The notes: generated from the sequence alone by a model not told the origin. A stretch of DNA of 64,000 bases from Gemmatimonadales bacterium (GCA_037189525.1 JBBCJC010000002.1:864001-928000), one strand, 5' to 3'; numbered from the stretch's first letter, positions 50,656 through 59,565 are shown. A program made the numbers and translations.

Positions 50656-52407
50656 TCAGAGGCCGAAGACGGTCAGGACGCCGCCCTGCGGCGAAATAGT
50701 CGCGAAGTTGGGAAAGGCGCCGCTTGCTCCGGAGCCCAGCCATCCTCCGGTGCCGGACAGCACGGCGATGTACTGTTTCCCGTCCGGTCCCTGGAACGCG
50801 ATCGGGCTGCCAACGATGCCGGACGGCGTCTTGTACTTCCATACCTCGAGCCCCGACTTGGCGTCGACGGCTTTGAGCCACCCGTCCATGGTGCCGTAGA
50901 AGACGAGACCGCCCGCCGTGGTCAGGGCTCCACCGGAGACCGGATACTCCTCCTGCAGCTGCCACGCGATGGTCCCGGTCCCGGGATCCCAGGCAATGAA
51001 TCGTCCTCGGCTCGGCCCGGGACCGGCGCTCATGCGGATCCGGGCGCCGAGATAGGGCTTCCCGGCGCTGTAGGTGACCGCGACGGGCTCGAGTTCCATG
51101 CAGAGATTGGTGGTCGGGACGTAAAGCAGGGACGTCAGCGGCGAAAAGGCGGCCGGCTCGAGCCCCTTGGTACCGACGCTTGCCGGGCAGATGTTGCGGC
51201 GCGCGCCAGCCGGTCGCTGCGCAAGGGCGGTGTCGACGACCGGCATGCCCGAGCCCAGGTCGATCCGGTTGGCCCAGTTGGCCGGCCCGAACCGCTCGGC
51301 GAGCAGGACCCGTCCCGAGGTGCGGTCGATGGTGTAGGCAAACCCGTTCCGATCGAGATGGACCAGCGCCTTGACCGGCTGGCCGGCTACGGTCAGATCG
51401 ATCAGGATGTTCTCGTTCGAGGCGTCGTAGCCCCACTGATCGTGCGGGGTCACCTGGTAGGCCCAGCGGACCCGGCCGGTCGTAGCGCTGCGAGCGAAAA
51501 TGGTCGACGCCCACTTGTTGTCGCCGGTGCGCAGCGAGGCGTTGTACGGACCGGGATGATCGGTGCCGTAGTAAATCAGATCGAGCTCGGGATCGTACGA
51601 GATCCATCCCGACGCGGTGGCGCCGCCCTGTCGCCATTGCAACCCGGGCCAGCTCGAGACGCCGAGATCGCGCCCGCGGTGCGAGGGGTAGTGCGAGTTG
51701 GCTTCGCCGTCGATCAGGACCTCGGCATCCGGGCCGGTGTGAAAGCCCCGCCAGATCAGCTGGCCGGTGTTGGCGTCATAGCCGCTGATCGAACCGCGCA
51801 CTCCGAATTCGGCGCCGCCCGTGCCCACGATGACCAGGTCTTTGACCACCAGCGGCGCGGCCGGCATGGTGGCGCCTTCCCGGCTCTCGGCGTTGCGCAC
51901 CCGCCAGATTTCCTTGCCGCTTTTGGCGTCGAGGGCGGCGAGGTCGCCGTGGAGCAGGGGGACGTACAGCTTGCCGCTCGGATGATAGGCCAGGCCGCGG
52001 CTGCCGACGTCGCAGCAGGCGGTGGGCGGAGTGGTCCGGGCAATCGCCGCGGGCACGGCATAGCGCCAGAGAATGGGCGCGCCCGGCTTGGCCAGGTCGA
52101 GCGCATAGACCGCGTTGGGAAACGGGGTATGGACGAACATCACGCTGCCCACCACCAGCGGATTGCCTTCATGGGCGCGGAGCAGGCCGGTGCTCGTGCT
52201 CCAGACCGGTTTGAGGCCGGTCACCGTGCTCGTACTGATCTGCGTCAGGGGGCTGAAACGGGTCAGGGCGTAATCCCGGCCCGGCAGTTCCCAGCTACCC
52301 TCGGGTGAGGTCGCAGGCCAGGCCGGTGCGGCGGGACGCGGCTGGGCCGACCCGGTATGCCAGGCCAGCGAAAGTGCCGCAAATCCGATCAAAACCGACC
52401 TTCTCAT
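50656..52407 (-). CDS. PQQ-dependent dehydrogenase, methanol/ethanol (XoxF/MxaF-like) family, with atypical active site
   Basis: Signal peptide, HEG.P, CCD..RG vicinal Cys, GAEFGVRG, GDNKW, TPHD.W, DRNGF, GTMDGW, GKQY..GGW. Confidence 0.9.
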   Translation of the reverse strand: MRRSVLIGFAALSLAWHTGSAQPRPAAPAWPATSPEGSWELPGRDYALTRFSPLTQISTSTVTGLKPVWSTSTGLLRAHEGNPLVVGSVMFVHTPFPNAVYALDLAKPGAPILWRYAVPAAIARTTPPTACCDVGSRGLAYHPSGKLYVPLLHGDLAALDAKSGKEIWRVRNAESREGATMPAAPLVVKDLVIVGTGGAEFGVRGSISGYDANTGQLIWRGFHTGPDAEVLIDGEANSHYPSHRGRDLGVSSWPGLQWRQGGATASGWISYDPELDLIYYGTDHPGPYNASLRTGDNKWASTIFARSATTGRVRWAYQVTPHDQWGYDASNENILIDLTVAGQPVKALVHLDRNGFAYTIDRTSGRVLLAERFGPANWANRIDLGSGMPVVDTALAQRPAGARRNICPASVGTKGLEPAAFSPLTSLLYVPTTNLCMELEPVAVTYSAGKPYLGARIRMSAGPGPSRGRFIAWDPGTGTIAWQLQEEYPVSGGALTTAGGLVFYGTMDGWLKAVDAKSGLEVWKYKTPSGIVGSPIAFQGPDGKQYIAVLSGTGGWLGSGASGAFPNFATISPQGGVLTVFGL

Positions 52408-52460
52408 GCCTACCGACCCCATCCAAGAGACCGTGAAGGGTATCCGGGGGCAGGCGAGGG

Positions 52461-53228
52461 TCAATCCTCCAGCAGGGCGCCGTCGGACTCGGGCGGCTCG
52501 ACCGGGCAGCCCAGCAGGTTGACCGGGGTACCGGGAGGCGTGCCGGGGCAGCGGTCGATCCCATCAGGAACGCCGTCGCGATCCGCGTCGGTGGGACAGC
52601 CGCGATCGTCGACCAGCGCGCCGAGTGGAGTGGACGGACATCGGTCCCGGCCGTCGGGTACGCCGTCGCGGTCGGTGTCGACGCCGTTGTCCACCCTGAC
52701 CCGGCTACCGAATCGCGGTATCACCGAGACGCCGGCCGCCGCTGAAAATGCGGTATACTCGTACGCCGAGCGACTTCTGACCGATCCCTCGGCGCGGAAC
52801 TGAATCATCGGCGTGAAGGCCAGGCGAACGCCGAGTCCGCCGTTCAGGGCGCTATGGGAGGGGCATGGGATCTGATTGACCACGCAGTTCCGGGGCGACA
52901 GCCAGCCGTATCCGGCGCGCAGGTACACGCTCCCGACTTCCAGCGGCACGTTGTAGAGCACGCTTCCGCCGTAGTGGAACAGCTGGGCCCGAGCGCCGCC
53001 CGACCCTTGGGGGCTGGTAAAATCGAGCTGGCCTTCGAGGCCCAAGTTGGCCGGAAGCCAGACCCCCAATCGCCCGCCGACACCGAAGCCGCGCAGCAGC
53101 CCCATGGTGGCGGTTTTGGTGTGCCAGACGCCGAGTGCCGACAGTTCGACCGAGCCGGCGGACTGGGCGGGAAGAGCCATCGGGCTGGCGGCAGCGATGC
53201 CGGCGAGAATCCAGGGAACGAGACGCAT
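52461..53228 (-). CDS. Outer-membrane beta-barrel with thrombospondin type-3 repeats, no OmpA C-terminal domain
   Basis: Signal peptide, amphipathic beta strands, DTDRDGVPDGRDRCP and DADRDGVPDGIDRCP. Confidence 0.8.
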   Translation of the reverse strand: MRLVPWILAGIAAASPMALPAQSAGSVELSALGVWHTKTATMGLLRGFGVGGRLGVWLPANLGLEGQLDFTSPQGSGGARAQLFHYGGSVLYNVPLEVGSVYLRAGYGWLSPRNCVVNQIPCPSHSALNGGLGVRLAFTPMIQFRAEGSVRSRSAYEYTAFSAAAGVSVIPRFGSRVRVDNGVDTDRDGVPDGRDRCPSTPLGALVDDRGCPTDADRDGVPDGIDRCPGTPPGTPVNLLGCPVEPPESDGALLED

Positions 53229-53408
53229 TGCCAATAGATACGCCTGGAGCGAGACGGGGACAAGCAGGGTGATTTCAGGGCCCGGTGGCCTCGCCCGGGG
53301 CTGGACCACGCCGCGCATTCGCTGCTAGGATACCGACTCGAATCGAATCGCAGCAACTTCACCGACGGCCGGCGAGCCGGCCGAGGACGCGTTCGTGCGC
53401 GGAGACAG

Positions 53409-54557
53409 ATGAGAATCGCGATATCGACCGGTGGCGGAGACGCGCCCGGCCTCAACGCCGTGATCCGCGCCGTGGTGCTGTCTGCGCACCAGCGGGGCTG
53501 GGAATGTTTCGGGATCCGCCGCGGCTATGATGGCCTCTATCAGCGCGGCGAGGAGCATCCGTACGCCTACGCAAAACCGTATCGCGGCCCCGAACGTCGT
53601 CATGACCCGCCCGATGGCGGCCTCATTGCGCTTGGTCCGAACGAGGTGCGCGGCATTACCCACCTGGGCGGCACCATCCTGGGCACCTCGAATCGCGGCA
53701 ATCCCTTCAACTGGCCGACGCTGACGCCCGACGGCACGGTGGTCGAGGTCGATCGATCGGACGAACTGGTCGATTCATTCCGCCGCCACCGACTGGATGC
53801 GCTGGTGGCCATCGGCGGCGACGGCAGTCTCTCGATTGCGCACGGTCTCTGGGAGAAAGGCATTCCGGTCGTCGGCGTTCCCAAGACGATCGACAACGAC
53901 GTGGTGGGCACCGAGGCGACCTTCGGTTTCGATACCGCCGTCTCGACCGCCACCGATGCCATCGACAAGCTGCACACCACCGCGGCGAGCCACGACCGGG
54001 TCATGGTGGTGGAACTGATGGGACGTTACGCCGGATGGATTGCGCTGCACAGCGGACTCTCCGGTAGCGCCGACGTGATTCTGATTCCGGAAATTCCCTA
54101 CGACATCGAACGCGTCTGCGACAAAATTCGGGCCCGCGAAGCGGCGGGGCGGAATTTCTCGATCGTCGTCGCGGCCGAAGGGGCCCGCCCACGCGGCGGG
54201 TCGGTCGCGCTGCTCGAAAATGCTCGTGCCGGGGCGGCCGAGCGGCTGGGCGGCGTCGCTGCGCAGGTTGCAGCCGCGATCGAAGACCGTACCGGCAAGG
54301 AAACCCGCAGTCTGGTGCTCGGCCACCTGCAGCGGGGCGGGTCGCCGACGACGTTCGACCGGCTCCTGGCGCTCCGCTTCGGATCGGCGGCGGTCCGGGC
54401 CATTGCCGAGGGCGCGTTCGGGTCGGTGGTGGTCTACTCGCCGCCGACGGTGACTCGGCGGCCGATTGCGGACGTGATGGGGCGACAGAAACTGGTCCCG
54501 CTCGACAGCGGGATCATCCTGACCGCCCGGAATCTCGGGATTTCGTTCGGCGACTAG
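53409..54557 (+). CDS. pfkA: 6-phosphofructokinase (ATP/mixed-substrate group)
   Basis: TGGGDAPGLN, GGTILGT, IGGDGS, PKTIDND, VELMGR, LGHLQRGG. Confidence 0.95.
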   Translation: MRIAISTGGGDAPGLNAVIRAVVLSAHQRGWECFGIRRGYDGLYQRGEEHPYAYAKPYRGPERRHDPPDGGLIALGPNEVRGITHLGGTILGTSNRGNPFNWPTLTPDGTVVEVDRSDELVDSFRRHRLDALVAIGGDGSLSIAHGLWEKGIPVVGVPKTIDNDVVGTEATFGFDTAVSTATDAIDKLHTTAASHDRVMVVELMGRYAGWIALHSGLSGSADVILIPEIPYDIERVCDKIRAREAAGRNFSIVVAAEGARPRGGSVALLENARAGAAERLGGVAAQVAAAIEDRTGKETRSLVLGHLQRGGSPTTFDRLLALRFGSAAVRAIAEGAFGSVVVYSPPTVTRRPIADVMGRQKLVPLDSGIILTARNLGISFGD

Positions 54558-54915
54558 CGCGGGTCCATCGTTTGACGAACGGATCGGCCGGGCCTGTCAG
54601 GCTCGAGTCCGGTCCGGGCCGCCAGGTGAGCTGAGCTTCGATCAGGCCGGCCACCTCCACGTCCTTGGCGGTAATGCCGCCCGCGCTGTGAGTGGCCAGC
54701 GACACCGTCAGCTTGGGCCAGGTCACCAGCAGGTCCGCATGGTGGTCGGCAGCTTCGCAGATGAACGCGATCGCGTTTGCCGCGAGCATCGAGCCCCGCC
54801 ACCCGTCGGTGGCGTAGACCCGCCGCAGCACGCCGTCGACGTGCCGCCATTGGGAAAGTCGTGACAGCGCCGACGCGATTTCCTGATCCGAAAGCACTCG
54901 ATCCTTCGTTGCCAT
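54514..54915 (-). CDS. Pterin-4a-carbinolamine dehydratase family protein
   Basis: EAADHHAD..W..LATHSAGGITAKD; 3' end overlaps pfkA. Confidence 0.85.
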   Translation of the reverse strand: MATKDRVLSDQEIASALSRLSQWRHVDGVLRRVYATDGWRGSMLAANAIAFICEAADHHADLLVTWPKLTVSLATHSAGGITAKDVEVAGLIEAQLTWRPGPDSSLTGPADPFVKRWTRASRRTKSRDSGRSG

Positions 54916-54977
54916 GCGATCCGTCCTTTCGTCGCGGGTCTGTCGTTAGGTCCGGCCGTGCCGCGCGTCGGATGCCC

Positions 54978-55493
54978 TCAGCCGGCGACCAGCAGGTCGT
55001 ACCGGCCGCTCTGGCCGGAGCTTTCCTCCACGTCGACCAGAACTCTGCGCAGCGTGGCGGCGCCTTCGGCCGCCAAGCCCTCGACCACGGCCCGGGCCAG
55101 GTGCTCAGCCAGCAGCTCGGCCGTCGTGTCGGTCACGTCGACGATGGCGACGTGGGCGGTCGGAAACATGAATCGCCGGGCCCCGCGGTAGTCGACCAGG
55201 GTCGTGTCCCCCTCGGTGCGCACCGTCACGGCAGGATTCCCGCCTGGAATCAGCACCCGATGGTCGATCCGGTCGATCACCGGTCGCAAGACCCGCTTGA
55301 CGGCGGCGAAATCCACCACGAACCCGGTGGTCCGATCCACCTCGCCCTCGGCCACGACCGTCACGACATAGTTGTGACCGTGCAGCGCTTCGCATTTGTG
55401 ACCGGGAATGGTCAGGAAATGCGCGGCCGAAAAGGTCAGGTAGTCTTTCGAGACCGAGACGGAAAAGGTGCCGCGGGGTTCAGGTCGGGCCAT
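54978..55493 (-). CDS. 6-pyruvoyl-tetrahydropterin synthase / QueD family protein
   Basis: FSAAHF, CEALHGHNY, VVDF, DHR, TTAELLA, VEES. Confidence 0.9.
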   Translation of the reverse strand: MARPEPRGTFSVSVSKDYLTFSAAHFLTIPGHKCEALHGHNYVVTVVAEGEVDRTTGFVVDFAAVKRVLRPVIDRIDHRVLIPGGNPAVTVRTEGDTTLVDYRGARRFMFPTAHVAIVDVTDTTAELLAEHLARAVVEGLAAEGAATLRRVLVDVEESSGQSGRYDLLVAG

Positions 55494-56823
55494 GGGCGGG
55501 CTCAGTTTCGGGTTGCCAGTCGCGACAGGCCTGCGCAGCGCGGCGGAACGGCTTGAGGCCGAGCAGCAGGATCGCGGCGGCGAGGATGAGGCCGGACGTC
55601 GTGACCACGATCAGCGAGCGACCGATCATCAGGTCGTCCTGGAACACCGAATCCGTGAAGAAGGCCACCAGGAACGGGCCCAGCGCCTGACCGATCAGAT
55701 TGATCACGAACAGGTAGATCGCCGAGGTCTGCCCGCGCATCGGAACTGGCGAGATCTCCTGGATCGCGGCGGCGGCGGCTCCGAAGCCGAACGAGGCGAA
55801 GAAGGTGGTCGGCACGAGGGTCCATGCCACGAGGCTAGTCGGCGACAGGAAGAGGATCAACCCCGTGACGAGTTCGAAGCTCAAGCCGAACAGACCGACG
55901 CGGAGCTTGGCGTCGGTAAAGCCGCGGCGGGCCAGCCGGTCGCCCAGCCAGCCGCCGGCCACCACCCCGGCCACGCCGAAGGTTGCGGTCCAGAGCCCGT
56001 AGTTGAGACCGACCTGTTGCGGGGTCCACTGGTGGGCGCGCTGCAGCCAGGTGGGCACCCAGTAGGCCCAGCCGTAGTTGACCAGCGAGATCATGGCAAA
56101 GCCCAGATTGTGACCCAGAAAGGCGCCCCGATGGGTCCGAACCCAGCGGGTCACCTCGGCCACGGACACTGGCGTGGTCGAGGTTCCGCCACTCATGGCG
56201 CCCCGCACCGGTTCCCGGAGGGTCGCCACCCAGAGAGCGATCAGCAGGCCGGGCAGGCCGATCACGATGAAGACGAGCTGCCAGGGCCGGACCGCGCCGA
56301 GGATGGGGACCATCAAGGACGCCTCGCCGGCGAGCTGCCCGGTGATCCAGCCGCCCACCATCATGGCAATGCCGCTGCCCAGGTAGATGCCCAGCGAGTA
56401 GACGCTGATGGCGGTACCGAGCCGCTCCCGCGGGAAATAATCGGCAATCATCGAATAGGCCGGGGGAGACAGTGCGGCCTCGCCGACCCCGACGCCGACC
56501 CGGGCCAGGAACAGGTGCCAGTAATGACGGGCGCCGCCCGACAGCGCCGTCATCACGCTCCAGAGCGCAATGCCCCACGCCATGATCTTCCGGCGGCTGG
56601 AGCGGTCTGCCCAGCGACCGATCGGCAGGCCCAGGATGCTGTAGAACAGGGCAAAGGAGAGCCCCATCAGCAAGCTCATCTGGGTGTCGCTGATCTCGAG
56701 ATCCCGGCGGATCGGGGCGACCATGAGCGCCAGGATCTGCCGATCGACGAACGAGCAGACGTAGGCAATCATCAAGACGACGACGACGTACCAGGAATAG
56801 GCCGGGCGGTACTGGTCGGTCAC
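55480..56823 (-). CDS. MFS transporter (spinster-like)
   Basis: FVDRQIL, GRWADR.SRR, RVGVGVGEAAL.P.AYSMIADYFP; about 12 TM helices. Confidence 0.92.
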   Translation of the reverse strand: MTDQYRPAYSWYVVVVLMIAYVCSFVDRQILALMVAPIRRDLEISDTQMSLLMGLSFALFYSILGLPIGRWADRSSRRKIMAWGIALWSVMTALSGGARHYWHLFLARVGVGVGEAALSPPAYSMIADYFPRERLGTAISVYSLGIYLGSGIAMMVGGWITGQLAGEASLMVPILGAVRPWQLVFIVIGLPGLLIALWVATLREPVRGAMSGGTSTTPVSVAEVTRWVRTHRGAFLGHNLGFAMISLVNYGWAYWVPTWLQRAHQWTPQQVGLNYGLWTATFGVAGVVAGGWLGDRLARRGFTDAKLRVGLFGLSFELVTGLILFLSPTSLVAWTLVPTTFFASFGFGAAAAAIQEISPVPMRGQTSAIYLFVINLIGQALGPFLVAFFTDSVFQDDLMIGRSLIVVTTSGLILAAAILLLGLKPFRRAAQACRDWQPETEPAHGPT

Positions 56824-57013
56824 GTTCGGGGACTCTCCCGCTGGTGGCGAGATGTGGGCGGGGGTGGATCGGCTGCTAATGCCGGCGCTCGGGTCGAGCG
56901 GGAAACATAGGCCGCGCGCGATGGCGCGCCAGCGGGATCGGAGAGGACACCTGTCCACGTCCCGATGTCATCGTCGTCCAGAATCGTGGACAGGTCAGCA
57001 GGTGCTCATTTTG

Positions 57014-57058
57014 TATCTCGTTGAATAGCAACGTGTTGCGGTGTGGCACGCCACTGGC
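57014..57058 (+). promoter_or_regulatory. sigma54 promoter with IHF-like box
   Basis: TGGCACGCCACTGGC at 57044-57058 (GG-N10-GC); TATCTCGTTGAA at 57014. Confidence 0.65.
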
Positions 57059-57114
57059 ATATGGGTCTGGCGGGGACGCAAACCCGCATCCGGCACGAAT
57101 GCCAGGAGGTTACC

Positions 57115-57597
57115 GTGATCAGCCGTCGCAGCTCCGTAGGGCTTGGCTTTGCAACACTTGCCACGCTCGGCTTGTCGGTTCCTGCGGAGTCCCAGAGGGT
57201 TTCCGCCGATATCTACGTGAGCGGCTCACCGGTGTCTGGCGTGGTTCGGATCGGTGATCATCCCCGCCCCCGGCATGTCGTGGTGGAACGCCACGTGATG
57301 ATCGAGCCGCGCCGGGATTGGAGTCCGCGGCACTATCGTGACGCCAAAGTGGTCGTGGTGTATTACGATCGCGGCCGCAACCTCTACTTCGACAAGCATC
57401 GTAAGGGTCTCGAGCGGGTTCGGGTGTTCAGGCTCAACGACCGCTACTACCGCTACGACGATTACGACCGCGACCGGCGGAACTATCGCACCAAGTATGA
57501 CCGGCACGACCGCAGAGACCGTCGCGATTGGGACGATCGATATGATCGTCGGGATCGGGACCACCGGGATGACCGGCGAGGACGCGGTCGGCATTAG
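57115..57597 (+). CDS. Exported hypothetical protein with Asp/Arg-rich low-complexity tail
   Basis: AGGAGG RBS, GTG start, signal-like N-terminus (ISRRSSVGLG..AES), DRRD-rich C-terminus. Confidence 0.75.
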   Translation: MISRRSSVGLGFATLATLGLSVPAESQRVSADIYVSGSPVSGVVRIGDHPRPRHVVVERHVMIEPRRDWSPRHYRDAKVVVVYYDRGRNLYFDKHRKGLERVRVFRLNDRYYRYDDYDRDRRNYRTKYDRHDRRDRRDWDDRYDRRDRDHRDDRRGRGRH

Positions 57598-57696
57598 CAA
57601 CAATAGAAAGTCGGGTCAGCCAACCCTTCCAAATTGAGCCCCCTTGCTCAGACAATGGCTGACTCACAAGACCCGCGGCGCCCAGCCAAGGGTTCG

Positions 57697-57728
57697 AACA
57701 ACCCCGCGACGGCGGGGTTGTTTGCTTT
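57697..57728 (+). terminator. Intrinsic terminator
   Basis: AACAACCCCGC-gacg-GCGGGGTTGTT followed by TGCTTT. Confidence 0.8.
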
Positions 57729-57809
57729 GGGACGTTGCCGTGGGCGCAATCTGCTCCGAGATTTGATCCGGTACCCGGTTCGCCCCCCAATCGATGCGGA
57801 GATGCGGTC

Positions 57810-58448
57810 ATGATGGTGGTCACGGTTGCAGCGTTGCTTGCCGCGTGTACGGTTGCCCCGGCTCCCGGAACGGCCGGCGCCGTTCGGCTCGCGCGGACCG
57901 ATTCGCTGGTGGCCTTGTTCGAGACCGGCAGGACCTGGGAGGCGTTTCTCGCCGCGGCCAATGCCCGTCGGAGTACCTGGGAAGAGAATTACGGACGGGG
58001 GATCGTCACCGATTCGGCGCTGATTGCGCGGGCGCGGGCAGCCGGCGGCTGGCGCATCCTGGCGGTGGCCGAGGACTGGTGCGGCGATTCGGCCAACACG
58101 ATCCCGTATCTGGCCCGGCTGGTGGAGCAGGCGCCCGATCTGGAGCTGCGGATCGTCAATTCGACCGTGGGCAAGTGGGTCATGGATCGCTATCAGACCA
58201 GCGATGGACGGGCCGCGACCCCGACGGTGGTGGTACTCGACCGGGACGGGGCGCCGCAGGGATGTCTGGTCGAGCGCCCGCAGGCACTCAAGCAATGGAT
58301 CGTCGAGAACAAGCCGAAGCTGTCGGAAGAGGACTTCCGGAATCAGCGGATCGAGTGGTATCGAAGCGATGCGGGCGTGAGCACCGTGGCGGAATTCGTC
58401 ACGATTCTCGAGGCCGCGTCCGGGGGAACGCCGGTCTGCGCACCCTGA
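57810..58448 (+). CDS. Thioredoxin-fold lipoprotein (Thioredoxin_9, CxxS)
   Basis: LLAA-C lipobox, AEDWCGDS, ATPT, ERP. Confidence 0.85.
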   Translation: MMVVTVAALLAACTVAPAPGTAGAVRLARTDSLVALFETGRTWEAFLAAANARRSTWEENYGRGIVTDSALIARARAAGGWRILAVAEDWCGDSANTIPYLARLVEQAPDLELRIVNSTVGKWVMDRYQTSDGRAATPTVVVLDRDGAPQGCLVERPQALKQWIVENKPKLSEEDFRNQRIEWYRSDAGVSTVAEFVTILEAASGGTPVCAP

Positions 58449-58550
58449 TCGGGGCCGGATTCGGGGTTCCGCCGAGGGCTCAATCGAATAAGCTTCGGGT
58501 CTGACACCGCGGGCGCTGCCCGCAGCGATTCCTCAGGATTGGAGTTCGAC

Positions 58551-59078
58551 GTGATTCGATTCGTTTTGCCCGTACTCGTCGTGGCGGCATTGGCCCCCGC
58601 GTCGTCGGCCGCTCAGGCCGGCCCCGAAGCGCGGCTCAAGGAACTGGGCATTACCCTGCCGGAGGCGGCGCCCCCGCTGGCGAACTATGTCCGGTCCGTG
58701 CGCACCGGGAACCTGGTCTTCCTGGCCGGGCATGGCCCCGCCCAGCCTTGGGGTCAGACCGCGACCGGCAAGCTCGGCAAGGATCTGACCGTGGCGCAGG
58801 GTGCGGAGGCCGCGCGGAATGTCGGGATCAACCTGCTGGCGACGCTCAAGGCGGAGATCGGGGATCTCGGCAAGGTGACGCGGATCGTCAAGGTGCTGGG
58901 CATGGTCAACGCGACCGAGAGCTTCACCCAGCATCCCGAAGTCGTCAACGGATTTTCGGATCTGATGGTGGCGGTCTTCGGTGAGAAGGGTAAGCATGCC
59001 CGCTCGGCGGTCGGGATGCAGTCGCTGCCCAGGGATCTCTCGGTCGAGATCGAAATGATCGTCGAGGTCGCGCCGTGA
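58551..59078 (+). CDS. RidA/YjgF-family protein with N-terminal signal peptide
   Basis: EARLKELGITLP..ANYV..LAGHGP..VVNGFSDL..GKHARSAVG..VEIE. Confidence 0.9.
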   Translation: MIRFVLPVLVVAALAPASSAAQAGPEARLKELGITLPEAAPPLANYVRSVRTGNLVFLAGHGPAQPWGQTATGKLGKDLTVAQGAEAARNVGINLLATLKAEIGDLGKVTRIVKVLGMVNATESFTQHPEVVNGFSDLMVAVFGEKGKHARSAVGMQSLPRDLSVEIEMIVEVAP

Positions 59079-59557
59079 CCGAGCGCAGCCGGCTGGTGGA
59101 GGAACTCGATCGCGTGTTCCGGGGTGATCCCTGGTACGGACCGTCGGTCAGGTCCGTGCTGGAGGATCTGACGGCCGCGGAGGCTCGAGTCCATCCCGTG
59201 CCGGCTGCGCACTCGATCTGGGAAATCGTCCTGCACATGACGGGATGGAAGCACGAGGTGCGGTCCCGGCTGGCCGGTGCGCCGGCCGGAACTCCGCCAT
59301 CGGGAGACTGGCCGGTCGTGCCGGAGCAGGACAGCCAATGGAAAGAGGCGCTCGCCGCGCTCGAAGCGACCCACGACCGATTGCTGGCTGCGCTGCGCTC
59401 GGCCAGTGACGATGAGCTCGAAGGCCCGGTCCGGGATGAACGGAATCCGGCGTTGGGCACCGGAATGACGCAGTGGCAGACCCTGCGCGGCATCCTGCAG
59501 CACGACGTCTATCACCTCGGGCAGATCAGCCTGCTCAAACGCGCCGTCCGCGGCTAG
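59075..59557 (+). CDS. DinB-family protein
   Basis: GDPWYGPS, HSIWEIVLH, HDVYHLGQI. Confidence 0.9.
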   Translation: MTERSRLVEELDRVFRGDPWYGPSVRSVLEDLTAAEARVHPVPAAHSIWEIVLHMTGWKHEVRSRLAGAPAGTPPSGDWPVVPEQDSQWKEALAALEATHDRLLAALRSASDDELEGPVRDERNPALGTGMTQWQTLRGILQHDVYHLGQISLLKRAVRG

Positions 59558-59565
59558 CCGCCGGC

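Noticed and set aside
54978..55493. QueD-like gene as part of a 7-deazaguanine (Dpd/Qat-type) defence system
   Set aside because: No dpdA/tgt, queC, queE or TatD partners in the window
57440..57590. Repetitive GACCG/CGAT tract as a possible CRISPR or tandem array
   Set aside because: Degenerate D/R codons with no fixed repeat-spacer period
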